From assembly GCF_036971445.1 (NCBI RefSeq), contig NC_091473.1, forward strand, positions 205,344,001 through 205,408,000: DNA of 64,000 nt, read 5' to 3'. Source of the stretch: Narcine bancroftii (lineage: Eukaryota). How positions within the stretch are numbered: the first letter of the stretch is position 1; every line of letters begins with the position of its first letter. The notes beneath the pieces were generated by a model, which saw only the letters and a program-made list of their open reading frames with translations, had not been told where the DNA came from and did not search any database. This document shows, one piece after another, positions 51,667 to 64,000 of this stretch. The position numbers and the translations under genes are program-made.

Positions 51667-51856
51667 GCGACGATTCAATTTCTCAGTCTCCATCTGAGGT
51701 GTGCCTGCCTTCTGTTACTTCCAGCACCCTGGACATGCGTCGAGATATTTACTAAAATAATAAGAACTCGGGTGAAGACCAGTCTTTGAATCTGCTTATC
51801 AGAAAATCAATTGGCCGTTTCCTTTAACTATCTCCGACGACCTTGTCTCTGCGGCA
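51667..51856 (+). pseudogene. Internally deleted V relic (55125 family)
   Basis: Three blocks align with 55259-55530: DDSISQSPSEV, AFCYFQHPGHASRYLLK and YQK....FPLTIS..LVS. Confidence 0.75.
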
Positions 51857-54689
51857 TGTAGCCCTCTTGACGAGGAAATGTTTATGGTTTTGGGTCAGGA
51901 AACTGCATCAGTTATCAGAAAATGGAAGGGGCAATGTTGCCATAAAGAGGCGAATGGATTTGGTGGGACAGGGTGCTATGGTTCTTGGATATACAATGTG
52001 TTGGTACTATGCAGATCGCAGTACACATCGAATGTGCTTCACACCTTATTTCAACACCGTTTGCTCAAAGTAACTTGCGTACTCCACAACGTCAACATTC
52101 ACTTCACCAAACTACCGCCATGCGGAGTTTTATGCAGTTTTCTCTGGGGACATTGCTGTAGATTAACTGTTAAGCAGCATGTTTATACAAGTGCCTTACA
52201 TATTGCTTCCAGTCCAAGGCTCGAGATAATTTTTTCCATCAGAACTTGCGGCCAACTAACCCAATATAAATATGTCCGATTTTTGAAGAAAAAACATCGC
52301 TGTGACCCTGTTGCCACGGATAGTGCAGAAATTTACAATCAGAGATAGAGGTCGTTGTTATTAAATTAGGATGATTCGAGGGAGTTTATGCTCTCTGCCC
52401 CTTGACCACAGCAGAGGGCAGCGGGTGATATTAGCAGGTTAGGTCGATGCAGAGCATTGCCGATCATAGTGTGCATCGAACATTTATTTTAGAAATTCGG
52501 AAAAAGAAGGGACTGAAATCAATACATTAACAGGGCTCCGGTACGAAACGTTGGTTTTGTTAGGATCGTGTGAGTTGGAGCATGATGTTTCGTTCGAGAA
52601 ATCGTGGGATCAATGAGATATCAAGGGAAAAGAGAGGGTGAGATCTTGCGAGGGAGAGACAGAGGCATAGAGACAGATGAACAGAAGGAGCCAGAAAAAT
52701 AATCAACGGACATAAAAGAACAAAACATATAGACATAAGAGCATAGAAACATTCCATACCTTTTAACGTAACCACTCCAATCAAAGAGTCTCATCCACAC
52801 AAACCCAATTTGCAATCGTATGCACAATCAACTCATTAGGCATCTTGTTCTACACATCCACCACACTCTACACTTTCTTACCACTTACTAACCTGTTAAA
52901 TACCTCTTCCTTCAACCTGAGGGTGTGGTTCCAAATTTCCTTACTCTGAGGAAAAGACTTCATTTCCCCTGATGCATTCCTCTCCTGATTACGTGTACAA
53001 CTGGAAAACATGCTGACTGTCCTGGGTCGAATTTATAAAGAGATAGCTTTTTCAACCTTTCCATATAGCTCAGGCATCCGAGTCCTGGAAACATCCTGAT
53101 AAATATTCTTTTCAACCTCTCTGTATTGGCAACTTCTTTTCGATTACACGGTGACAAAATCAGAGCACACCAATCCAAATAGGACCGCATTAACAACTCA
53201 TAAAGCTGCAAAATTACCTTTCAACATCTCTACTCATTACTGTAACAGACGCAGGCAAATCGACGGAGAGCCTTCTTACGAACATATCTACCAGCGTAGT
53301 GATACTCTTTATCTTTTCTGTCCGTCCATATTTATCAGATTCCTGCCATTCACTCGATAGGTCATGACCTCACTCAATCTCCAACACACAACAACTCACT
53401 TTTCTCAAATAAATACCAACAACTATTCAACTTCCCACCAGCCAAATATTTGAAGATTCGACCGCAAAATTTTTCAAACTTCTTCACAATCTAAAATGCC
53501 AACACATCACGGGTTCATACGAAAATTCGATACTCCTGCCACGAACATTTAAATTAAATAATTGGTATAGATGTCAAGTTGGAATAGTCCTAGTACGAAA
53601 GCCAGCATACGAATGACATAATCTGTTAGATATAACAAACTGTTATATCTAACAGCCAATTTTATACTGTAAGAACACCACTTGGCAAAAATAATATTGG
53701 CTCTTTCTGAATTTTCTCGGTCGTATTTTATGCGACAGGACATAGAACAAATATTATAGTCCATCCAGTTTGTTTCTGGAGTTAAATTTGTTAGTAGCCA
53801 GTTGTGTCAATTTTAACCAGGGAGTTTATTCTTAAACGGGTCCTGTGGAAACCGTGATTTTGCTTTACTGCCAGCTATTGAAGATTGGACACTCTGATAC
53901 AGGGCCATATGGCTATGATTAAAAGTGTCAGAATCGTCTTAGCTGATGCCAGAAGTGGAAGGATCTGTAACAATTACTTTGAGGTACACGACAGCATTTA
54001 ATCACGACTCTGTCATTTGGTACACTTGATGATCCGAAGAATATATGAAGTAGCTACCGACGATATTCAAACCTGGATCAGCAGAGCGATTTATAGATTC
54101 TCCAGAGAGGTTTTTTGCTGTTTATCATCAGTAAATTTGACTTGATACTTCTATCTTGTCTCTGAGTCCGAGTGTTTCCGTGTGCCATGAGATCCACACA
54201 GTGGTGGAGTATCAGCAGACACTTATAAAGATCAATACCCTGTAGTTCCAGGTATCTCTCACAAAAGTGCAAACTAATCCGATAAACGGAGGTGAGCTGA
54301 TGCCGATAATTTTCTTAGTTATGAGCAAATGCATTGCAAATCATATTTGTTTCAACGAGATGAGTCTCAATCCTTTCAATTTTCCCCTTATCTAATACTT
54401 CCACCCCATTTGACCACTCACCCCACTTCTATACCTAGCACAAAAAAGCAACACATTTCCTCCGTCGTTTGAACCTTGATGAGCATAGAACTGAATCTTT
54501 CTGCATGTCCATTTTGTTTTACGATCAAGAGGTATCTCCCTGATTCTTCTAATCCTGCCGCATTGCTGATAATAACAATGGAATAGATAGTTTGAGGTAC
54601 AATATACTTTATGCCTGTTGTGAATCGCTGAGGAAGTCTGATGCAGCGATTATGAGACAATGATATAAATTTTATATATGCGCACACAA

Positions 54690-54690
<1 letters not shown>

Positions 54691-54735
<45 letters not shown>

Positions 54736-54808
54736 ACAGCGAGACAGAATGTGAGAAAGAGAAAGAGAGGCAGTGAGAGGGAGATAGATAGATAGAGAGT
54801 AAGAGAGA

Positions 54809-54887
<79 letters not shown>
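54691..54887. repeat. (CA)n and (GA)n microsatellites upstream of a V leader
   Basis: Directly visible at 54691-54732 and 54813-54887. Confidence 0.95.
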
Positions 54888-54889
<2 letters not shown>

Positions 54890-55124
54890 CACGCCAGTGA
54901 GCGCAAAATGCGTGAACATGGATCGGGTGCTGTAAAACCCATAACGGGTATTCAGAAATTTCTTCTCTTTTAAGTGGCCAGCGAATAGGCGACCGCAGAA
55001 CCTCCCATATTCTCGTGTCAAAGAAGAACCAGCGACTGATCCGTGTACGATCAGATATCAAATGTGCGGCATTTACAGCATGAAATCTCTATGCTCTTTC
55101 CCGTTTGTTTTGGAAGCCCTCACC

Positions 55125-55595
55125 ATGTTGCCTCTATGGTTTACGCTGATTATAACGTTTCCTGGTAAGTCCCTGTTGAAATGAATCTGTTGCGTCCTGT
55201 GACTGTGGTTCACTTTCAAGCTTATCAAAGTCTCCATGTGGCGTTGCAGGGGCCTTTGGCGACGAATCTATCTCCCAGTCTCCATTTGAGTTGTGGGTGG
55301 AAGAAGGATGAACAGTAACGCTGAACTGCAGCTACCCCTCAATGTTCAATGACTATAATGCCTTTTGGTACATCCAGTATCCTGGACATGAGCCGAAATA
55401 TGTACTAAATATATTAAGCACTGGGTTCGAAGACAAGGCTTCAGAATTTCGCGATCGGTTTTCTGTGACTTATCAGAAAACAACCCGAATGGTTCCTTTA
55501 ACTATCTCCAGCCTTGTTGTCTCCGACTCGGCCCTGTAGTTCTGCGCGATGTCGCCCACATTGCAGCATAAAGGGAGAAAATCCGTTCAATCTCG
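55125..55595 (+). pseudogene. In-frame V pseudogene with two nonsense codons: leader 55125-55164, V exon 55250-55556
   Basis: Leader MLPLWFTLIITFP|g-GTAAGT and 85-nt intron. GAFGDESISQSPFELWVEEG*TVTLNCSY..AFWYIQYPG..RFS..VSDSAL*FCAMS, with stops at 55309 and 55537. RSS: CACATTG + 23 nt + degenerate nonamer. Confidence 0.9.
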
Positions 55596-57392
55596 TAGAG
55601 ATCATGAGCTGTCAGAAGGTGGCGCCATTACCTCCGCGAACAAACAGACGTGGCTGCTGACACATGAGATTCTCTTGCACAAACAAAAGCGAAATAAACA
55701 CCTCGCAGAATTCAAAGGGCCAGGTAGCTTCTATGAGGTTGATATTACACAAGAATGCACTGAATACAGGAAGCACAAGAGCCGTAGAGACCCTGAAATA
55801 AGAGAGAAATGCTGGAATTCTAAAGCGATATAGACTGTGATGGGAGGGTAGAGTCAGTGAATGAGTGCATGAGGGAGAGAGAGCGAAAGCAAGATAAAAC
55901 AGATGAATATATAGAGAAGGAAAGGGGCAAGTAAAAAGAGAATACCTTGTTGAAGAATTTCTGATGAACAGTTTTGTTAACATCGAGAGAAAGTTGGGAC
56001 ATAAGGTTTCCTTCGAGAAATATCTTCGAAGGGGAGGAAAAAATCAACTATTAAGAGTAACAAATGGGTGGGAATTTGCGAGGGCGAGAAAGAGGCATGG
56101 AGGCAGATGGGCCGACAGGGGTGGAAAAAAACTGTCAAAGCATATAAAGAAATAAAACATACAGGGACATAGGGCATGGAAACCATCCATACCTCTTAAA
56201 TGATCGACGCCATTCGAACCATCCCACTCACACAAATACCACCTTCCAGTGTTTGGCGGAGGTCGTTCTAATCCCAAACTTTTATCCTTCTATTCTTCCG
56301 CAATATTGATTTCGGATATACAACAACCACCACCTCAGAAACCTGTTCTCGACAGCTTCCACACTTCCTCAATAACCAGTTACATCTCTCTTCCCTTACT
56401 TTCTACATGTGCTTAGCAATCGGAATATCGAATAACTGTTAGTGTCTACCCTTGATGGATCGGCGTTAAAGGCCATAATGATCCTCTTATCAAAATGAAC
56501 ATTTCAAAGTTCCCCGCTGAGACTTTCCTTTAATTACTCCTGCAGAAACCCTAGTTTTGTTTCACTTCCAGCTACTACAAATTTTGCGATTTGTTGCACG
56601 AGCATGCAGCGGTAATTCGATGTTCTAGAATTGTTTAAGCTGATGCGAGAAGAATAACGAGCTGTAACACTTAACGGCAGTTACTCGGAGGCGGTCAGTG
56701 ATGACACCGTCAATTGCTACATCCTATGATTCAAAAGATAGTTGAAATATTTGAAAGGTCTTGGGAAGATATTCGCCAGTGGATTCTCTAGATTCTGCTA
56801 CATGATGTGGAGTAGCCAACGAGTGGAAAGGCCATACTGGATCTAAATTCAAGTTGCGGACTCTGGATGGATAAGCACTTTGGTGAAAGTGGCCACATCA
56901 CCCTGAGCTTTAGCATAGTTATGGACAAAGATAACGTCAGACAATATGGAAAAGTGTTTAATTGGGTAAGGATTGAATAGTTTGGGTTGAGGCAAAAACT
57001 TTGCGGAAGTAAATTGGAAAGAAATGTTCAAAGGTGAAAGAACAGAATTACTTGTAGGTTTGTCCCAATAGGAGCAAATGGGAGTAAAAAGGATCCGAGT
57101 TTGATGAAATATGTGAGGTAGCAAGTGAAGAGGAGGAAGGAAGGAGGCATTAGATATAGGAATCAAGAAGGTCTCATGAGAAGTAGATGTTACCCAGGAA
57201 GGAACTTAAGAAAAGGGTTAGGAGAGTTCGAAGGGGGCATGAGAAGGCTTTGGCATGTAGGATTGAAGAGAACACAAGGCGTTGTATACGTACATGAAGC
57301 ACAGAAGGATGACGACAATGAACGTGGTGGCCACTAAAAGATAAAGAGGCAACATGTGCCTGGAGACGGAGGAACTCGAGAACGTCCTATAT

Positions 57393-57728
57393 CAATGGTT
57401 CCCGACCTTTTAATTTCCACTCACTTAACACTTTAAGTAATCCCTATGACATAGGTGTTGTGTAATTAATGAGGGAGTGCATAATATGGAATGTAGGTGT
57501 GACGGAAAAGTTTTAAAACCGCTGTTTAATCGTACCTCATTTACTCATTATGTGCACGGTTTTATAACTCCAAAGGACAATGACAATTTCCCTCAAGCAA
57601 AATATTTCAGTTACAATTGGGTCTAGAGCAGTGATTCTCAACCTTCCCGTCCCACTCACAGAGCACTTATTTCAGAGGGATTTCTTAAAGCAGTATGTAA
57701 GTGGAAGGAAAAGGATGGAGAACCACTG
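57393..57728. mobile_element. hAT-type MITE
   Basis: TIRs CAATGGTTCCC...GGAGAACCACTG; degenerate 8-bp TSD TCCTATAT/TACTAAAT. A related sequence lies at about 37650-37835. Confidence 0.75.
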
Positions 57729-58923
57729 TACTAAATGAATAATTTGCTCCAGTATTCACAAGATAAAAGAAGGCAGATCAGGGTCTGGTCGCAATTGATC
57801 CATTCTGTGTTTTGGACAATGTTGAGATTAAGGAAGAGGAGGTGTTAGATCGTCTTAAAACATTCAAATTGTTAAGTCCCCCGGACCACTTGCGATATAT
57901 CTCATTTGCTGTGGGAAGCAAGCAAAGAGATAGCTGAGGCAGTGGCTTTGATCTTCGAGTCCACTTTAGCTACAGGGTAGGTGCCTTTGCATTGGAGATT
58001 GGTAAATGACGTCGCCTTATTTAACAAAATGTAATAGGGCGAATCCAGGGAATTATAGATTAGTTATTCTTCCGTTAGTGGTTTGCAAATCGAGTATTGT
58101 TAAGGATAGGATCCCTAACAATTTGGATACGTACAGTCTACTCAGGGATAGTCCACATGGTTTTGTGAAGAGAAGGTCACGCCTCACTAGTCTAATTAAG
58201 TTTTTCGAGGATGTATCAAAGGCATTGATCAGGGAAGGGCGGTAGATGTGGTCCATATGGATCGTAATAAGGTATTTATGAAGGGCCCTCATACTAAAAT
58301 TGTTCAGAAAGCCATTGTCTGTGTGGATAAAACAATGGGCTTACATGTATAAAGCAAAGAGTACTGGATGAAATAATGTATTCTGTTTGGAGGCCAGTGA
58401 CCAGTACAGTTCCGCAAGGATCTGTTCTGGGACATTTGTTTTTTGTGATCTTTATAAATGACCTAAATGAAGAAGCAAAAGGATGATATGAATGTTGGAG
58501 TTGTGGATGGTGCTAAAGGTTATCATAGGTCACCAAACTATATAAACAGGCTACAGGGTTCGGCAGAAAAGTGGCAGGTGGAGTTCAATCCATATATTTT
58601 CAAGATAATTCATTTTGGATGGACAAACCAGAAGGCTGAATACAAGGTTAATTGTTGGATACCAATGAGTGTGTATGAACAGAGGGACCTTGTAGTCCAA
58701 ATACACTCCCAGGGTCATTGCGCAGGTTTATAGGATAGTTAGAAATGCCAATGGGATGTTTCTCTTCATTAATATGGGTCTAAGTTCAGGATTCCAGATG
58801 TCAAACTTGGAGTATTATGTCCAGTTCTGAGAACTTCTTTGTAGGAAGGATGTGGAATCTATGGAGGAGATGGAAAGGAGATTTATCAGGATGTTGCCTG
58901 GATTGGCAAATAAGTGTTATGAG

Positions 58924-60832
58924 ACTAAATGAGATGGCGTAGAGTCTCGACGTGTAATCTCGACCTCTCTGGCCAGACTTTTAAGTACCCTTTTTTTAAC
59001 CCTTTGTTTTCAAGTTTAAACTTTTTAAATTTTAGTTTAAATTATTGAGGAACTATTATGGCCATTAATGGTAAAAGGATTAAACCTCAAGCGCAGAAGA
59101 AGTTACATTTTCGAAGTGGTGAAGATTTGGGGCCTAAACGACTTGTTACAGCTTCAGGTTTAACTTCTTCAGTGTCTAAACCACAAAGACTGCCTATGGC
59201 AGCTAAAATAAATGTCTCCTACTCACTCAGTGAAGGATTGCGCTGGAATTACCCGTTCTCTGGAGGAAGGTGCGTATTCCCAAGCAGTGGATCCCGATTC
59301 TGCAAGCCTTTCGATTTTAATGGAGGGAGAACGCAGGAAGACGACTCCATTGTTTGAAATGCATCAGGATTCATTTCAACCTGATGATATGGATTTCCCC
59401 CGTGATTTTGCGAAACAAAAAAACAACGAGCTGCGGGAGAAGACCAGCGGCGACCCCCTGGGGAAGTCAGGGTGCCGTCGCTGGGAGTCCAGACGCGCAG
59501 TAAAACTTTTAAAATGCCTTTCGTTGAGTTGCAGCAGGAGCTGCAGTTACCTCATTGTGCCACTACGTCAGAGAAAGCAGGGCTGACCTTTTCTGAGTTA
59601 CAATGTATGCAGTTAAATGCTGTCATTCAACATTTAATGAATGAGATGGCTCAAATGAATGTTAGTATAATTTCAAAATTGAATACTGTTAAAGCACGTG
59701 TGGAAGCATCTCATGAAGATTTAAAAAAATTCAGTCTGCCTTTTTGGAATGTAAACAGCAAGTGATTTCTAACACTTAAAAAGTGTTGAAGGTTGAAGAA
59801 TCATTCATAGAATTGGGAGAACGTGAAGGAGTTAGAGAGGAAAATAGACTACTTGGAGAATCAAAGTAGAAGGAATAATGTGAAAATCTTTGGTTTGCCA
59901 GAAGGTATAGAAGGACAAGATCCTATTCGTTTTTTTAAACACTGGATCCCACAAGTATTAGGGCAAGAATTCTTTTCTGGAGGCTTGGTATTGGAAAGAG
60001 CTCATAGAGCTTGAAGAAGAACACCTTTACCTGGTCAACCTCCGAGACCGATAATAATTCGATGTTTGAATTATCTGGACAGAGAAGCAATACTTCGACT
60101 ACCAGTGCAAAATGCGAGGCAACGACAAACTCATTTATTGATTCAGAATAGTAGAGTTTATTTTATCCTGACTTGAGTGAGGAGGTCATTCAACACCGAC
60201 GTCGATTTAACCCAGTTAAAGAAGCTTTGTGGCATAAAGGTTATAAGTCTACTTTTCGCTATCCGGCAGTGTTGAAGGTGTTTTATGGAGATCATCAATT
60301 TTGGTTTTTGAGAATGATCATGAAGCAATCGATTTTGCTGATTCATTGCCTGATATAAGAGGACAAAGACGTAGTCCACCATTGTCTCCAAAAGAAAAAT
60401 CTGGTTGTTCTGGAAACGGAAGAAATGGCAGAAATGGGAAAAACGGGAATGGAAAGAGTCCAATTTTTTCTGAAATGGGATCTCCGAGATTGGAATCTCT
60501 TGGATGAATAGAAGAATTTTCTTATTCTGATTCTACTTTTTTTTGGTTATTACGATATTTTGATGTTATTCATTGTTTGGCTGGGGAGGGTGAGATTTGC
60601 TGTAAGTTCTTTACTCGTCATCAGCCACTGGTGGTTGACCCACAACCAATTTTTGTTTAGGGATTACTATCATTTGGTAGTTTTTTTTTGGGGGGGGGAA
60701 GTTTTTAAATTAAAAAAAATTCATTCTAGTTAGCCTTTAATTTGTGATTTTTTTCCTCCTTCTGGAGGGCCTATATACGTTGATTTGTGTTTTAATATAA
60801 AAATATTATTGGTATTTAGTAACAATTGGAAT
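58924..60832 (+). mobile_element. L1 5'UTR + ORF1 + spacer only (same family as 29221-33456), 3'-truncated at the ORF2 start
   Basis: GAGATGGCGTAGAGTCT 5' end; LENQSRRNNVKIFGLPEG..LERAHRA..YPAVLKV. TSD ATAAGTGTTATGAG(58910-58923)/ATAAGTATTATGAG(60833-60846). Confidence 0.9.
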
Positions 60833-62807
60833 ATAAGTATTATGAGGTAAAATTAGCAGATCTGTTACTCTTCGCTTTCGAGGATAGAAGAATGAGAGGT
60901 GTCAATAGAGGTCTATAAGAATATGAGAACCATAGAACTATAGATAAGGTGGACAGCCACAACCCTTTCCCCAGGACAGGAATAGCAAGCACTAGAGGAC
61001 ATATGTTCATAGTGATCGGAGACAAGTTTAACGAAATCATCTGACGTTTTTTGAACACAGAGAGTTGTGGGTGCGTGGAAATCCTTTCTCGGGTTCGTGG
61101 TGAAGTCGGAAACATTAGGTGCATTTAGGAGATTCTTAAACAGGCACATGGATGAAAGAAATATAGGTTATGAGGTGGTGGTGGTGTGGGGTTCGTAGCT
61201 TTTTAAATAATGAATACAGGCGTCAGTACAATATTGAGGTTCTAATTGCCTGTACTGTGCAGTACTATTCAATGTTCTATTGTCAACGTTCATGAATATT
61301 GGCCACTCCCACTGGCGCGTTAGTATTTAGTTTTAAAGAATGTATGGGGAGGCACAACATCGAGGGTCGGAGAGCCTGTATTATGCTGTCATGTTATATG
61401 TTCTGTTCTATACTAGTCTGCTGTCATGTTTTATGCCGTTTACGATTCGAATAATTTGCGTATCCCGTCAACCCTCTCAGTGACCCATGCAATTAATTCT
61501 GGAATATTCCTGTTTGTCACGAGACATATACTGGAGCGGTGGAGCAGGGGATCCTAATATAGAACACGGATAGTTCAATCGGGCTCTCACCAAAGGGGGC
61601 ACTTGCTCCGTTAAACGTGTGTTCATATGAAGATCATTTTGATAGGAAGTTGAAAACGTTTTTATATTCAAGTCCTTCAATATTCCCCACAAGCTAAATA
61701 CCCGGTCCTAATGAACACCCCCGCTTTCATTCTGACCACCAGAGTGATCATGGGGAGAAACACGTAAGTCTGTAGGCACTGTGACTGTAGTAAATACACA
61801 CTGCTTATTTTGATTATTCCTTGAATAAGGGCTCGCAAATATATCTTTATTTTTTTTATGAACGCTGAAAAGCTCAGCTGAGTTCCGAAAGAATTTTAAT
61901 GTACCCTGACCAGAAGGATCAACAATGTCCATCTGGCGTTATACTTGGAAGATGATTGAATGGCATCATTCTACTGATCGAATTTCTTTCTCAATCAGGA
62001 GAAGAGATTCCACAATCCTCTCCTTTAAACGATAATCGATTCATAATGCATCAGATATTTGGGGTACAACGTATCTTTTGCTTTTTGTGAATTTCTGAGG
62101 AAGGGTAATGCGGAAATTGAGAGACAATGGCATACATCACCCACCNNNNNNNNNNNNNNNNNNNNNNNNNNNNNNNNNNNNNNNNNNNNNNNNNNNNNNN
62201 NNNNNNNNNNNNNNNNNNNNNNNNNNNNNNNNNNNNNNNNNNNNNNNNNNNNNNNNNNNNNNNNNNNNNNNNNNNNNNNNNNNNNNNNNNNNNNNNNNNN
62301 NNNNNNNNNNNNNNNNNNNNNNNNNNNNNNNNNNNNNNNNNNNNNNNNNNNNNNNNNNNNNNNNNNNNNNNNNNNNNNNNNNNNNNNNNNNNNNNNNNNN
62401 NNNNNNNNNNNNNNNNNNNNNNNNNNNNNNNCTGTGTAATCCTACTCCTTAGTGAGTCTTGAAGAATGGAATCTGCCTCATATCTTTATTTATTCCAATT
62501 CATCGATCTGCTGCATAAACACTATGGATGTATTCTGTTGTTTATTTTAGATTTGGAAACACCGAACATGTCTTTTCTCTTGTCCACTCCGTTAATACTC
62601 TTCATATTTCACAGTTAAAATTTGATTGAATGTTGGTTTCAGTCCCTGGTTCGACTCTCGTGCAGACTAATCACACTCAAAATGGTTTATTTCTGGAGTC
62701 TCTGGCGTTGATTCAATTCCACAATATCTGTCTGAGATAATGGTGTTAAACGGAGGAACTGCACATCCGAACAGCATATACGATTTTGTCCTGCATTATG
62801 CGATGAT

Positions 62808-63315
62808 GCGAAGTACTCGAGATGGCAGAGGTCGACAGCATCGAGTCCACGCTGCTGAAGATCCAGCTGCGCTGGATGGGTCACGTCTCCAGAATGGAGG
62901 ACCATCGCCTTCCCAAGATCGTGTTATATGGCGAGCTCTCCACTGGCCACCGTGACAGAGGTGCACCAAAGAAAAGGTACAAGGACTGCCTAAAGAAATC
63001 TCTTGGTGCCTGCCACATTGACCACCGCCAGTGGGCTGATAACGCCTCAAACCGTGCATCTTGGCGCCTCACAGTTTGGCGGGCAGCAACCTCCTTTGAA
63101 GAAGACCGCAGAGCCCACCTCACTGACAAAAGGCAAAGGAGGAAAAACCCAACACCGAACCCCAACCAACCAATTTTCCCTTGCAACCGCTGCAATCGTG
63201 TCTGCCTGTCCCGCATCGGACTTGTCAGCCACAAACGAGCCTGCAGCTGACGTGGACATTTTACCCCATCCATAAATCTTCGTCCGCGAAGCCAAGCCAA
63301 AGAAAAGAAAAGAAG
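62808..63315 (+). mobile_element. 5'-truncated RTE LINE, young
   Basis: Open ORF end QLRWMGHVSRMEDHRLPK..CNRCNR..SHKRACS*, GAAAA tail, and TSD ATGCGATGAT (62798-62807 and 63316-63325). Confidence 0.93.
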
Positions 63316-63349
63316 ATGCGATGATTATGGAGCACCCTGGAACATCCGT

Positions 63350-63595
63350 AGCACCAGAACATTCCCCAAACCGCCATTTTGACCCAAGGCTCCGTGCCTC
63401 CCAATTTACACCCTATTATCTGACACCCCTAGTACGAATTTTGAACAGTGGTAGAAATCCCGATCTCCCGGAGCAAACCCACATAGATCTGTGGAGAATG
63501 TACAAACTGCCGACAGATTGCGCGGGACTCGAACCTCGCCCGGTCTTGATCGCTGTCGCTGTAAAGGCATTGCACTAACAGCAATGCAACAGTGA
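63350..63595 (-). mobile_element. tRNA-derived SINE (HE1/V-SINE-like)
   Basis: CCCGGAG.AAACCCAC..GGAGAATGTACAAACT..GACAG..GGACTCGAACC, the reverse complement of a B box plus V-SINE core. Confidence 0.7.
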
Positions 63596-64000
63596 CGTGC
63601 TTCGCAGAAAACATTTGGTATGGTTCACTCACTATTTCTGGAATTTGCTACCACCATCTCAATCGTGTAGCTCGACGCTATGTTTCCGCATTGCTGCAGA
63701 TGCACCACAAAACACGTTGTGCTTCTGAACAATCACCAGTGGGAGCTGTATCCAGTTGGAAAAGAACAGAGAAAGGCGAATTAACAAAGCACTACAGATG
63801 CTATTCTACATTGAAAGGAAGAAGATAAAGAGAAAGATAGGGAGAAAAAGAAAGATAAATAGATTGGTAGGTGGATAGATGGAGAAAGAGAGAGAGAGAA
63901 GGAAAAAGTGGAATGGTTGTGGATGGAAATGGTTTAGGGATGATGGCAAGTTGAAATCTGCGACAGGGATATCGGGCCAGATAAACCCATAAAAGAAAAT

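Larger units (their letters stand above)
56890..61280 (+). mobile_element. Decayed CR1 LINE interrupted by a MITE (57393-57728) and an L1 (58924-60832)
   Basis: [41 protein letters not shown] and RRFIRMLPG; the CR1 3' region resumes at 60847. Confidence 0.85.
62568..63715 (+). pseudogene. Decayed V pseudogene split by RTE and SINE insertions
   Basis: Leader-like MSFLLSTPLILFIFH; exon GVSGVDSIPQYLSEIMVLNGGTAHPNSIY; HPG after the RTE. The FR3 block CAGAAAACA..ATGGTTC..ACTATTTCT aligns with 55474-55510. Confidence 0.65.

Noticed and set aside
632-62431. ORFs spanning N runs and ORFs made of SL/TH/CV repeats
   Set aside because: Artefacts of gaps and microsatellites.
1-64000. CRISPR arrays, rRNA or tRNA genes, prokaryotic systems
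   Set aside because: None seen; the recurring motifs are paralogous V-gene parts and vertebrate transposons.

Overview
Vertebrate (not microbial) DNA. The window is part of the V-gene array of a T-cell receptor alpha/delta-type locus, most likely from a cartilaginous fish; this is inferred from the V sequences and from the CR1, Rex1, RTE, L1 and HE1-like SINE repeat content. All V segments lie on the + strand with leader exon, intron, V exon and a 3' 23-bp-spacer RSS. Two segments look functional (3092-3966 and 17100-17931). One is an open ORF lacking the first Cys (22194-23002). About 14 are pseudogenes or relics and two are orphan leaders. They are arranged as tandemly duplicated cassettes, and many dead V segments keep good RSSs. 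No convincing D, J or C exons are present. The rest is transposon-derived: a full-length L1 nested in an older L1, two 5'-intact but 3'-truncated TSD-flanked L1s, an RTE with a twin-priming-type inversion, an endogenous retrovirus pol relic split by a solo LTR, CR1 and Rex1 fragments, and hAT MITEs. All coordinates were read by eye and may be off by a few bases at decayed boundaries.
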